Notes: a model not told the origin generated them from the sequence alone. A stretch of 64,000 bases of DNA from Myxococcota bacterium (GCA_044344255.1 JBIJDH010000012.1:32001-96000); one strand, 5' to 3'. Positions 39,333-49,021 are shown, counted from the stretch's first letter. Translations and numbers: made by a program.

Positions 39333-40545
39333 CAGGGCAAGAGGTTAGCATAGGTTGTTCTCTTACCGCCAGGCATCTGGCGCGGCCTCGGAGGTCGCCA
39401 TGGCGACGCTGCTGGAGCACTTCGACAACCCGCCAGACCCCCGCGTGGACCGCACCAAGCGACTCCACCTCCGAGACACCCTCGCCCTCACCATCCTGGC
39501 TGTGATCGGCGGCGCAGAGAGCTTCGTAGAGGTCGTTGAGTTCGGCCGAGCGAAGGAGGCTTGGTTCCGCACCTTTCTGGAGCTGCCCCACGGGATTCCG
39601 TCTCACGACACGCTGGAGCGCGTGTTCGCCCGCCTGGACCCGAAGGCGTTTCAAGAGCGGTTCATGGCCTGGGTCGGGTCGATTCGGGAGCAGATCGGCG
39701 GTGACGTCATCTCCATCGATGGCAAGAGCGCGCGCCGCAGCGTGGATGGGGCGCGCGGCCTGGGGCCCATCCACCTGGTTGGCGCCTGGGCCGCTGGCAG
39801 CCGCTTGAAGCTGGGGCAGGTCAAGACCAGCGAGAGGTCGAACGAGATCACGGCCATCCCCGAGCCGCTCGAGCTGCTCGATCTCGGCGGCCGCATCGTG
39901 ACCATCAACACCATGGGCTGCCAGAAGGCCATCGCGGCCAAGATCGTCGAGCGCGGCGGCGACTACGTGCCTGCGCTCACGGACAAGCATCCGACCCGGG
40001 CCGGCCCCATCGAGGACTTCTTCGAAGATGGCACCAACTCCTATTTCGCCGGAATGAGGCCGCACTTCCATGAGGAGTCCACCCAAGAGCACGACCGGAG
40101 CCAAGTTCGGCGGACCCGGACCTCGTCGGACCTTGAGTGCCTGCCAGAGTTCGAGGAGTGGGTCGGGATGAAGAGCCTCATCCGTGTCGAGGCCCGTCGC
40201 CAGGTGCTCGGCAAGCAAGGGTCGCTCTACCGGCGCTACACCATCAGCAGCCCGTCGAGCGCTCCGGCACGACAGGCCACTCGCATCGTCCGAAGCCACT
40301 GGGGCATCGAAAACCGGATGCACGGGGTCCTCCACGTTGGACCTCACGAAGACGACGCCAGGGCCCACCCCGATCACTCCGCCGAGAATTTCGCCACCAT
40401 TCGGCGCTTCGCCCTTAACCTCTTCAAACAGGAGACCTCGCGGAAGGTCGGCGTCAAGCCGAAGAGCATGAGGGCGGGCCGGGACAATGAATACCTGCTC
40501 AAAGTAATCGCCGGATAAATGGGACGTTTAGATACAATCACCCTG
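39333..40545 (+). mobile_element. ISAs1-family (H-repeat) insertion sequence, decayed
   Basis: CAGGG at 39333 and CCCTG at 40541-40545 bracket an ISAs1 transposase; inner IR match poor, no target duplication seen. Confidence 0.7.
39400..40518 (+). CDS. ISAs1-family transposase, probably inactive
   Basis: DPR, GIPSHDT, SIDGKS, SNEITAIP, MGCQKAIA, HWGIEN; GGAGG RBS before ATG 39400; several conserved positions substituted. Confidence 0.9.
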   Translation: MATLLEHFDNPPDPRVDRTKRLHLRDTLALTILAVIGGAESFVEVVEFGRAKEAWFRTFLELPHGIPSHDTLERVFARLDPKAFQERFMAWVGSIREQIGGDVISIDGKSARRSVDGARGLGPIHLVGAWAAGSRLKLGQVKTSERSNEITAIPEPLELLDLGGRIVTINTMGCQKAIAAKIVERGGDYVPALTDKHPTRAGPIEDFFEDGTNSYFAGMRPHFHEESTQEHDRSQVRRTRTSSDLECLPEFEEWVGMKSLIRVEARRQVLGKQGSLYRRYTISSPSSAPARQATRIVRSHWGIENRMHGVLHVGPHEDDARAHPDHSAENFATIRRFALNLFKQETSRKVGVKPKSMRAGRDNEYLLKVIAG

Positions 40546-40608
40546 GGCAGCATGGGCGCTATGGCGGGTTGCATTACATCAAATCGCTAAAATCGAGGCG
40601 GGCTGATC

Positions 40609-41289
40609 ATGGAAACTATGCAATTCGGGACACGGTTTGGTTCCGCGGTACTGATCGTTGGGCTAATTCCAGCGTGCGGCGGTAAGGACGAAGATGCGTT
40701 TTGGTTGGATTCCGATTTCTGCAACGCAGCGGCGGCCGACCCGTCCGGCGGCAGTGTAACGAGTGGGCTCATAGGAGGTCAAACGGTACCATCCTACGCA
40801 AATATGAGCTGGAACTTCGAGGGCACTCTTGGCTCGGGAGCCGACAGGGTGGTTGCGGAGGTCAATTTCGGCATGGACCTAGGCGCTTTCGGATTTGAGG
40901 AGCCCCTCCCGCCAACGACATGTGAGCCAGTTGACTCGATCGATGTGAGTTTTTGTGATTCAGCCGACTGCGTAGCGCAGATGTATGTGCATGCAACTCA
41001 GGGCGAGCCACTTCCTCGGTATGATGGTGATGAGCGGTGGGATAAAGTGGACACATTCGTTCTTGAAGGAGGGAGCGCCCTCGTCTCGATTGACTGAAAT
41101 CCGGGAACTCAGTGCAGTGTCGGAGACGTCCACATCTCCCTAACCGATGTGAAAATGACCTGTGACGACAACGACTCGGAATGCATGGACGAACGATCGC
41201 TGCAGTTCGATTGTGAGCTTTCTACTCCTCAGTTGGACTTCTGGGACCTGCGTGAGCCGGTGGATGGCGGGAGGCAGGCGGCGCCCTGA
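40609..41289 (+). pseudogene. Cys-rich lipoprotein copy 2 with internal TGA at 41095-41097
   Basis: Collinear with 38629..39309 (both 681 bp); TGG(Trp163) became TGA; frame continues NPGTQCSV...RQAAP-stop. Confidence 0.85.
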
Positions 41290-41343
41290 GAGTCGGGTTC
41301 GAAAACGTCGGTGCTTGCGGCGCCTTCATCCGCCCGCAGAGCC

Positions 41344-41430
41344 ACGTCGCCAGCGCCTCCTCGATGGCCGTGAACCTCCTCCTCGGCGACCTGCTCGGGA
41401 TGGCCGCGGTCCCCTCGCTCAGCGCCGTCG
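41344..41430 (+). repeat. Internally deleted direct copy of the TSUP gene 3' region
   Basis: 41344-41386 matches 38141-38183 (3 mismatches); 41387-41430 matches 38271-38314 (2 mismatches). Confidence 0.85.
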
Positions 41431-41553
41431 AGCGGAAAGGGGCTGAATGGGTCTGCCAGGATGAGGTGCTCGCGCTGGTGAGTGAGCTGAGCTACGTGTG
41501 GAGTTACATTGTCGTCGTGACGGAAAACAATGGAGAGTGTCCGGTCTAGCCGC

Positions 41554-43761
41554 TCAGGGCCGCACGGACAGGAGCGCCCGCAGGCGCGCGAGGCTCAGGG
41601 GCTTTCCGACCGCGTCGGCGAAGCCCGCGGCGAGGAGCTGGGGCACCACCGAGGGATCGACGGCCCCCGACACGGCGATCACCGGGGGGCAGGCGGGGAG
41701 GCTCTGCAGGGCGCTGAGCGCGGCGACGCCGTCCATCCCGGGCATGTGGAGGTCGAGCAGCACGAGATCGTAGGGGGTTCGGGCCACCTCGGCCACGGCG
41801 GCCTCGCCGGAGGCCACCACTGTCGGCTCGGCCCCCGCCGCGCTCAGGAGGTCGACCATGACCTCGCGGATCATCGGGTCATCATCGGCGAAGAGCACCC
41901 GCGGGCGCTTGCGCACCACGGGGGTCACCGGTGGCGAGGGCGGGGCCTGGGCGGGCAAGGGCAGGAGCAGGCGGAAGGTGGTGCCTGCCCCCTCCTCGGA
42001 GGAGAAGCTGAGCTGGCCGCCCATGTCGCGCACGATGCGCTGGACGATCGCGAGGCCCAGCCCCGAGCCCCCGTGCCGCCGCGCCGGGGTGACGTCGGCC
42101 TGGTAGAAGGGCTCGAAGAGGCGGTCCCGGGCCGCGGCCTTGACGCCAATGCCGGTGTCCTCCACCTCGACCCGAAGGCCCTCCCGGTCGTGGGAGAGGC
42201 GGAGAGAGACCCCGCCTGCGTCGGTGAACTTGATCGCGTTGAACACGAGGTTCACGAGGACCTGCCGCACGCGCGCGGCGTCGCCGAGCAGCCGCCCCGG
42301 CAAGGCGCCTTCGCCCTGGACCGACAGGGTGAGGCCCTTGGCGCGGCGCGCGGTCTCGACGATGTCCTGCACCTGCTGCACCACCTGGGCCGGATCGAAG
42401 GGCTCACGGGCCAGCTCGAGCTTCCCGGCGTCGATCATCGAGAAATCGAGCACGTCACCGATCGTGGACAGCAGGGTCGAGGCCGAGGTGGTGATGACCC
42501 GCACGAGGCGCCGCTGGCCGACGTCGAGGGGCTGGAGGTCGAGCAGCTCTGCCGCGCCGAGGATGCTCGTCAGCGGCGTGCGCATCTCGTGTGACATCAC
42601 CGCGAGGAAGCGCCCGCGGGCCTCGGAGGCCGCCGCCACCTCGGCCATCGCGGCTTGGAGGCGGATGTTCTCCTGGGCCGCCCGCGCCGCGAGCTCCCGG
42701 GCCTGGCGGCCTTCGAAGCGGGCCTGGAGGGAGGCGACCCGGTCGGCGACGGCGTGGGACTGGACCTCCTCGCGGATGCGGGCGGCCGCGCGTTCGAAGC
42801 GCAGCGCTCCGGCGAGGTCCTGCTCGACCTCACAGGCCTGGGCGAGCAGGGCGAGGGCGTCCGCCTCGTGCTTTCGGAGGCCGATGGTGCGGGCCAGGGT
42901 GAGCGCGGCCTCGGCCTCGACCCGCCCTTCGGCGACCCTCCCCTCGGCGAGGGCGACGCGGCCGAGCGCGATCCGGGAGCCCACCACGCCCCGGGCGTGG
43001 CCCGACGCCAGCCGCAGCGAGAGGGCGCGGGCGTGGTGCGCCGCAGCCCCCGCCCGGTCCCCCTGGGCCTCGAGGCGCTCTCCGAGGTTGGAGAGCGCGT
43101 TGGCCAGCACGCTCTGATCGGGGCTCTCCAGCGCGAGCGCGATGGCGGTGCGGTAGGCCCGCTCCGCCGCGACGACGTCGCCGGCGTCCTCCAGCACGAG
43201 GCCGAGGTTGCTCTGGAGGTTCGCTCGGACGGCGGCCGAGGCGCCCTCGCCGAAGAGGGCCAAGGCCCGCCGCATGTGGGCCTCGGCGCGGGCGGTGTCG
43301 TGTGTCCGCCAGGCGACGAGGCCGAGGTTGTTGTGGACCCTGCCGAGGCGCTGCGGATCATCGAGCCCCTCGAGGCCCTCGGCGGCCGCGGTGTAGCGGC
43401 GCGCCGCCTCGTCGTAGTCGGCGCGCTCGAGGGCGATGCTGCCGAGCAGCATGGCGGCGTCGGCGAGGGACTCCGGGGAGCCGAGGCCGCTCAGGGCCGT
43501 GAGGGACTCGCTGGCCCGGGCCTCGGCGGCGTCGTATCGACCCTCAAAGAAGTCGGCGTGGGCGACGAGCAGGGGGGTGAGCGCGGCCCCGAGCGGGCTG
43601 CCCCCGTGGCTCCGACGGAAGCCCTCCACCACCGGCTCGCCGCCCCGCGGGGCCGCGCGGAGGGCCTCGACGCTCAAGCGAAAGGCGGCGGCGGCGTCAA
43701 CAGGCGTTTGCGCGGTGAGGTGCACAGGGGAGAGGCTACTCTCGTCGGTGTGCGCCGCCAA
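41554..43761 (-). CDS. Cytoplasmic hybrid histidine kinase (TPR repeats - HisKA - HATPase - receiver)
   Basis: NNLGLV/SNLG TPR repeats; FLAVMSHEMRTPL; NLVFNAIKFT, DTGIG, GSGLGL; LLDLHMPG. Confidence 0.9.
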   Translation of the reverse strand: MAAHTDESSLSPVHLTAQTPVDAAAAFRLSVEALRAAPRGGEPVVEGFRRSHGGSPLGAALTPLLVAHADFFEGRYDAAEARASESLTALSGLGSPESLADAAMLLGSIALERADYDEAARRYTAAAEGLEGLDDPQRLGRVHNNLGLVAWRTHDTARAEAHMRRALALFGEGASAAVRANLQSNLGLVLEDAGDVVAAERAYRTAIALALESPDQSVLANALSNLGERLEAQGDRAGAAAHHARALSLRLASGHARGVVGSRIALGRVALAEGRVAEGRVEAEAALTLARTIGLRKHEADALALLAQACEVEQDLAGALRFERAAARIREEVQSHAVADRVASLQARFEGRQARELAARAAQENIRLQAAMAEVAAASEARGRFLAVMSHEMRTPLTSILGAAELLDLQPLDVGQRRLVRVITTSASTLLSTIGDVLDFSMIDAGKLELAREPFDPAQVVQQVQDIVETARRAKGLTLSVQGEGALPGRLLGDAARVRQVLVNLVFNAIKFTDAGGVSLRLSHDREGLRVEVEDTGIGVKAAARDRLFEPFYQADVTPARRHGGSGLGLAIVQRIVRDMGGQLSFSSEEGAGTTFRLLLPLPAQAPPSPPVTPVVRKRPRVLFADDDPMIREVMVDLLSAAGAEPTVVASGEAAVAEVARTPYDLVLLDLHMPGMDGVAALSALQSLPACPPVIAVSGAVDPSVVPQLLAAGFADAVGKPLSLARLRALLSVRP

Positions 43762-43791
43762 GACGAACGTTCGCCGGGCTCCTGACCGCGC

Positions 43792-44457
43792 TCAGGGGCA
43801 GGAGAAGACGGTGAGCGGCGGGGCGCGGAGGAGGGCCCGGACGGGCATCTCCTCGACGAGTCCCGCCGCCTCCGCCTCGGCGAGGACCCGCAGCTTGTCG
43901 AGCCCCTCGACGTGCAGCGCCCGGAACCCACAGCGGAGGAGGCCCGGGAGGGTGAGGGTCCAGCGGGCCTCCGGCTGGCCGCGGGGGCGGGCGAGGCCGA
44001 GCTCGGCGCGCCCCGCGGGGTCGAGCAGCGCGGCGAGGCCGGGATCATCGGGGAAGAGCGAGGCCGTGTGACCGTCCAGCCCCATCCCGAGCACGAGGAC
44101 GTCGGGCGGCCCCTCCAAGAGGGTGAGGCAGGGCGCTCCCGCGTCGTCGACCAGCGGCATGAAACGCGCGGCGGCGGCGGGCCCCTGCAGGAGCCGCTCG
44201 CGGACGAGGCGGTCGTTCCGCCGGGGGTGGCCGGCGGGCACCATCCGCTCGTCGGCGAGGAGGATGGTCACCCGCTCCCAGGCCAGCGCCCGCCCCTGGA
44301 GCTCGACGAAGAGGCGGGCCGGGGTGCTGCCGCCCGAGACGACGAGGCCCGCCTCTCCGCGCGCCTGGATGGCGCTCGAGAGCCGCTCCACCACCGCGTC
44401 GGCGAGGGCGACCGCCAGCGCCGCCGGCCCCGCGAAGCGGCGGTGGGTGGTCACCAC
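43792..44457 (-). CDS. pgl: 6-phosphogluconolactonase
   Basis: VVSGGSTP, LADER.VP, LGMGLDGHTASLFP, HVEG..K, EMPVRA; GTG start at 44457 or 44454. Confidence 0.9.
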   Translation of the reverse strand: MVTTHRRFAGPAALAVALADAVVERLSSAIQARGEAGLVVSGGSTPARLFVELQGRALAWERVTILLADERMVPAGHPRRNDRLVRERLLQGPAAAARFMPLVDDAGAPCLTLLEGPPDVLVLGMGLDGHTASLFPDDPGLAALLDPAGRAELGLARPRGQPEARWTLTLPGLLRCGFRALHVEGLDKLRVLAEAEAAGLVEEMPVRALLRAPPLTVFSCP

Positions 44458-45941
44458 CGAAGGCGGCCGAGGACCGAGACCCGGCTCATCACCCCTGCGT
44501 CCGCGCCCGCCAGCGCCTCCGAGGGGATGAGGTGGCCGCCCTGGAGGACGAGGGCCGGCTTCGGCTTCACCCAGCCCGAGTGGAGCACCGTGTCGCCGAC
44601 GGTCACCGACCAGTCGAGCTCGGTGCCGAGCGCGTAGCCCTCCGTCGCCTCGCCGAGGTGGTTCGCCGGCGCGCCGCCGTTCCGGTAGGTGGCGAAGGGC
44701 TGGCTGATCGGCGCGCTCGCCCAGGCCAGCATCACGCCGCCCTGGAGCTTCACCCAGGGGAGCGGCTTGCCGGAGACGATCGGCTGGACGAAGGAGGCCC
44801 GGCGCACGGCGCCCTCGGTGACCACCGCGTCGACGCCGTCGGGGGGCACGGCGGCGTGCTCGCCGTCGGTGAGCTGGTTGTACGCCCCCTGCTCGACGGC
44901 CCCCATGAGCTCGTCGAAGAGCACCATCCCGGCGTCGAAGTCGCGGTCGAAGGCGAAGTCGTGCAGCGTGTCGTCGTCGGGGTCACCATCGCCCGAGGCC
45001 CAACCGCCGCGGAGCGTGGTGACGAGGCGGTCCTCGCGGGTGCCCCAAGCGGCCAGGGCGGTGAGCCCCGCCGACCGGACCTTCAAGGACTCTCGTGCGT
45101 TGTAGGTGGCCGAACGACTCGTGTCTCCGGCGATGCCCGCCGCCTCCAGCCCGAGGCGCAGCGCCTGTCCGTCGGCCAGCGGGATGGGCTGCTCCGCCCA
45201 GAGGTCAGTGACCCACACCGTCGTCTTGCGTTGGTCGTCGGCCTCGGTCTGGTGCCGATAGACCTCATAGACGCCGTACCGCGCTCCGCTCTTGGGGGCA
45301 TAGAGGATCGAGCCCACGCCCTGATAGACCGACTGGTCCTCCGACCAGCGGGCGGTGTCGTCGGCCACCACCCGATCCCCGGCCACGGTGAGGTAGAGCG
45401 GGAGGCGCTCCCCCTTGGCCTTGAAGGGGGCGGTGCTGAGGCGGAGGCGGAGCACCCGATCTCCGAACTCGGTGCGTCCGAAGTAGGGATCGTGGGCGCC
45501 GTCATTGGCGACCATGCCGAGGCCCCACTGGGAGGTCACGAGGCCGGCCTCGATCTGCAGGGGCTTCAGGTTGGCCTGCAGGGAGGCCCGCCGCGGCACC
45601 TGGGAGTCGAGGTCAAAGACGTCGACCTCACCCCTCCCCCGCTCGTCCTCGGGCCCGAGGTCCCACGCGTCGCCGGCGAGCTGCCCGGAGACGAGGTCAC
45701 CCTCGAGGTTGGCGAGGAAGACGCCGCCCTGGAGCTGGAGGCCGAGGCGGGCCCGGCTGTCGAGGTGCGGGCCCTGCCCCACCTCCTCGCCGTCGGTGTT
45801 GACCACGAAGTCGGGCGGGAGCTCGAGGTCGAAGCGGAGCTCGCCGGTCGTGTGGAGCCAGGACGGCCCCGGCGCCCGCACGGCGGGATCGACGACAGGC
45901 TGCTCCGCCAGGGCGGTGAGCGTGAGGAGCAACAGGTTCAC
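44451..45941 (-). CDS. Outer-membrane beta-barrel protein (alginate-export-like)
   Basis: Signal peptide; amphipathic strands; SQWGLGMVANDG, GWASGDGDP; ends VSVLGRLRW. Confidence 0.65.
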   Translation of the reverse strand: MNLLLLTLTALAEQPVVDPAVRAPGPSWLHTTGELRFDLELPPDFVVNTDGEEVGQGPHLDSRARLGLQLQGGVFLANLEGDLVSGQLAGDAWDLGPEDERGRGEVDVFDLDSQVPRRASLQANLKPLQIEAGLVTSQWGLGMVANDGAHDPYFGRTEFGDRVLRLRLSTAPFKAKGERLPLYLTVAGDRVVADDTARWSEDQSVYQGVGSILYAPKSGARYGVYEVYRHQTEADDQRKTTVWVTDLWAEQPIPLADGQALRLGLEAAGIAGDTSRSATYNARESLKVRSAGLTALAAWGTREDRLVTTLRGGWASGDGDPDDDTLHDFAFDRDFDAGMVLFDELMGAVEQGAYNQLTDGEHAAVPPDGVDAVVTEGAVRRASFVQPIVSGKPLPWVKLQGGVMLAWASAPISQPFATYRNGGAPANHLGEATEGYALGTELDWSVTVGDTVLHSGWVKPKPALVLQGGHLIPSEALAGADAGVMSRVSVLGRLRW

Positions 45942-48900
45942 GGCGTCTCCAGCGCGGGGATCCAGGAACAGGAGCCGTCTTCGAGGCAGGGGTCGTCGGT
46001 GACCGAGGTGCCGCCGCTCGCGAGGTAGGAGCCGATCTGGAAGATGGCGAAGGTGTTGATGTCGAAGGGCAGCGCCACGTCTGGGGTGCCGAAGCCGTGC
46101 TGCCCCGTGGTGCGCACATAGGGCATGCGGAGGGCCGAGACCCCCACGCCGGTCTCGGTGACGAGCCGCAGCGGGGCCTCGGAGGGGGCGCCGGTGCCGT
46201 CTTGACCGTCATCGAGGTCATCGGGGTCAAACAGACAGGGGGTGCCGTCGGCGCAGGTCTGTCCGCCGTGCTCCTCCAGGCCCTGAATGACCCCCTTCTC
46301 GGCGAGCCAGGCGTCGACGGTCATCCCGTAGCGGTCGTCGATGGCGTCCTGCTCGATGAGGCCGGCCGCCCGGGCGAGGGCGACGCCGGTGTTGATGTTG
46401 ACGATCGGATCGCCGGGAACGGGCATGATGAGCACGTTGTGGGCCACGCCGCCGAGTGACTCGACTGGCCGCTCCCAGAGCAGCGGGCCATAGGCGATAG
46501 GGTCCCCCGGCTCGAGGATCATCGCGAAGGTCATCGCGAGGCGCCGGAGGTCGGGGGTGTTTCGCGGGTGCCCGAAGCCATAGGAGCCGGCGACCAGCGT
46601 CGAGCCGGCGGGCATCACCACACCCTCGTGGGTCGTGTCCTGGGCCCACTCGGAGACGGTGTGGACCTCGGCGCCGCTGGCGTCAAAGACGTGCACCACG
46701 AGCGAGTCACCGAGGAGGGTGGTGTCCTCGACCGGGAAGGTCTGTCCTTCGGCTGGCCCCTCGAGCGGCATCCCGGCGACGACCCGCTTCTCATAGGGAT
46801 CGAGGGCGTCGGCGGCGATCGAGAGGCGGAAGCTGCCGTCCTCCCGAAGGTGGGCAGAGACAAGGTCACCGGTGTGGAGGTTCTCCACCTCGACGTGGCC
46901 GCCCGCGGGGAAGCTCGGCAGGGTGGCGATGCGCAGGGCGACCATGTCGGTGACCGAATTGACCACCATCACGAGGTCGAGGCCGCCCTCGGCGGTGGGG
47001 TAACCGGCGACGAGGGGGGTCATCAGGCGGCCGGCCATGGCCTCGACGGCCCCGCCGATCTCGGTGCGGAGCGCGATGTCGAGCAGCCCGCCGCCCGGCA
47101 CGATGGGCACGGTGGCGCCGAGCTCGGGCATAACGGCGGTGGCCACCGCGACGTTGATGCCGCCGAGCGAGCCGCCGCTCGCGGTGTAGGTGGCGTCCAT
47201 GCCGCCGACGTCGGCGGTGCCGTCCCCGTCCCAGTCGCAGCTCACCGCCTCCCCGCCGCCCGGCAGCGCCATCGTGCCGCTCCCGCAGGCCTGCAGGGCG
47301 CGGGTGAGCTGAATCCAGTCGACCGCGGCCTGGCGCACCATGTCGCGGGTGTGGAAGGCGTCGGCGGTCCACTGGTCACCGCCGGAGTCGCGCCGCCCGT
47401 CGTTGTTCAGGTCGCGGTAGCGGGCGTCCTGGAGGTGGGTGAGGAAGGTCGACAGGCCGCGGGCCTGCAGGATGCTGTCGATCAGCACGAGGTCTTGCGG
47501 GTCGATGCTCGGGCCGTGCCCGGGGTAGTCGATGGCGCAGGCGGCCATCCCCATCCGATTGGCCACCCAGGCGAAATTGAGCATGTCGAAGCGGCTCGAG
47601 CCGTATCCGTGGCCCCAGAGGGCGACGTCATAGGGCTGGGACAGGCCCTCTCGCGCCATCGGCAGGGTGCAGGTGAAGGGGACCCGCGCGGCCTGGGCCG
47701 CCACCTCGCCGGTGGTGGCGTCGAGCTTCCACCACTCGTCGGCGTCGTCGTAGCCGCCGTCGTCGCGGTCGGCGAGGAGGTAGGGGGTCTGGTAGGAGCC
47801 GCCCACCAGCGCCGCGGTGAACTGTGTGTAGTTGGCGACGAAGACGGCCCCCTCCTTGTCGGGGTCATAGAGGCCGAGGTCGGTGAGCGTCTGCACGAGC
47901 ACGTCGGCCGGGAGCCACCAGGTCTCGGGCACGCCGCTCATCTCGTGCATCGGCAGGGCCTCCTGCACCGCGGCGGGGAAGCGCCCGGCGAGGGCCTTGA
48001 AGGGCCCCTCTCCGCGGAGGCCCCGGCTCACGTCTACGAGCTCGCCGGTGGCGTTGCCGGTGGTGAAGGTCCAGGCGTAGGCGACATGATCGACCGAGAG
48101 GCCGAGGGCGGGCAGGGCGTCCTCGAGCGGCGACAGGGCGGCCGTCTGTCGGGTGTGGTTCACGTACTGCCAGGGCGAGCGCACCGGGCTGCCGTCGAGG
48201 CCGACGAGGCGGTCGGTGAGCACGACGGCGTAGGTGGTCTGCTCGCGCAGCGGGCGCACCGGCCGGGCGATGAGCGTGTTCGTCTCAATCTCATACCAGG
48301 TAAGGAGGTCAGCCCGGGGGTCGCCGCCCTCGGGCCAGACGTTCGGGTGGTCGAGCACGCCGTCGTCATCGGTGTCCTCGCCGGGGTCTAGCAGGCCGTT
48401 GTCGTTGAGATCCTCCTCGGCGGTCTCGAAGACGAGGGTGGGGCTGTCCATGCGGGCGTCGTTGGTGGGCAGGCCGACGCCGTCGAGGGAGATGGGGAAG
48501 TACCGATCCGTCTTGACGACGTCGTAGGGGTAGCGCCCCTCCCCGAGGTCGAGGGCCACCGGCTTGAGGTAGTCCGGAGAGTCGGGATCGACGTTGATGA
48601 CGAGCAGGGCGTCATCGTCGAAGCGCGCGGCGCCGACGCGGGGGTCGTCCTTGTGGCGGGCGGCGACGTCCGCGAGGTCAACCCGGGCGTCAAAGCCCAC
48701 CCAGATCGGGGCGTAGACGCCGAAGCCTGCGAGCTCGTCGAGCTTCTTGCGGGCCTCGGACTCCTGGAAGGTGTGGGCGAGCTGCGACACGTTCAAGCGG
48801 AGCCCGGTGGGGCTGCTGCGGTCGAGGCGAGTGGCGAGGTCATTCGGGAAGGGGATGTCGGGCAGGGGCTCGGCGTCCCAGTCCACGCGGACGACGGGGC

Positions 48901-49021
48901 CATCGCCGTCGGGGGTCTCGCGGAGGCCCTCCGGGTAGGCCGCGCAGGCCGACACCAGGCTGGTGGCCAGCAGGAGGCACAGGCCCGGGGCCAGGACGAA
49001 CGGGGAGGAGGTGCGGTGCAT
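45938..49021 (-). CDS. Large extracellular lipase-like alpha/beta-hydrolase lipoprotein
   Basis: Lipobox VSAC; IPFPND N-terminus; WGHGYGS, IDYPGHG, GGSLGG elbow, GQHGF; DxDxDG loops; start trimmed to ATG 49021. Confidence 0.72.
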   Translation of the reverse strand: MHRTSSPFVLAPGLCLLLATSLVSACAAYPEGLRETPDGDGPVVRVDWDAEPLPDIPFPNDLATRLDRSSPTGLRLNVSQLAHTFQESEARKKLDELAGFGVYAPIWVGFDARVDLADVAARHKDDPRVGAARFDDDALLVINVDPDSPDYLKPVALDLGEGRYPYDVVKTDRYFPISLDGVGLPTNDARMDSPTLVFETAEEDLNDNGLLDPGEDTDDDGVLDHPNVWPEGGDPRADLLTWYEIETNTLIARPVRPLREQTTYAVVLTDRLVGLDGSPVRSPWQYVNHTRQTAALSPLEDALPALGLSVDHVAYAWTFTTGNATGELVDVSRGLRGEGPFKALAGRFPAAVQEALPMHEMSGVPETWWLPADVLVQTLTDLGLYDPDKEGAVFVANYTQFTAALVGGSYQTPYLLADRDDGGYDDADEWWKLDATTGEVAAQAARVPFTCTLPMAREGLSQPYDVALWGHGYGSSRFDMLNFAWVANRMGMAACAIDYPGHGPSIDPQDLVLIDSILQARGLSTFLTHLQDARYRDLNNDGRRDSGGDQWTADAFHTRDMVRQAAVDWIQLTRALQACGSGTMALPGGGEAVSCDWDGDGTADVGGMDATYTASGGSLGGINVAVATAVMPELGATVPIVPGGGLLDIALRTEIGGAVEAMAGRLMTPLVAGYPTAEGGLDLVMVVNSVTDMVALRIATLPSFPAGGHVEVENLHTGDLVSAHLREDGSFRLSIAADALDPYEKRVVAGMPLEGPAEGQTFPVEDTTLLGDSLVVHVFDASGAEVHTVSEWAQDTTHEGVVMPAGSTLVAGSYGFGHPRNTPDLRRLAMTFAMILEPGDPIAYGPLLWERPVESLGGVAHNVLIMPVPGDPIVNINTGVALARAAGLIEQDAIDDRYGMTVDAWLAEKGVIQGLEEHGGQTCADGTPCLFDPDDLDDGQDGTGAPSEAPLRLVTETGVGVSALRMPYVRTTGQHGFGTPDVALPFDINTFAIFQIGSYLASGGTSVTDDPCLEDGSCSWIPALETP

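Noticed and set aside
41095..41097. TGA as selenocysteine or recoded Trp
   Set aside because: Aligns to Trp, not Cys, in the paralog, and TGA is the usual stop in this window; a nonsense mutation or sequencing error is simpler
39256..41300. Integron attC sites or DGR template/variable repeats
   Set aside because: No RYYYAAC...GTTRRRY boxes, integrase or reverse transcriptase; differences between copies are not adenine-specific
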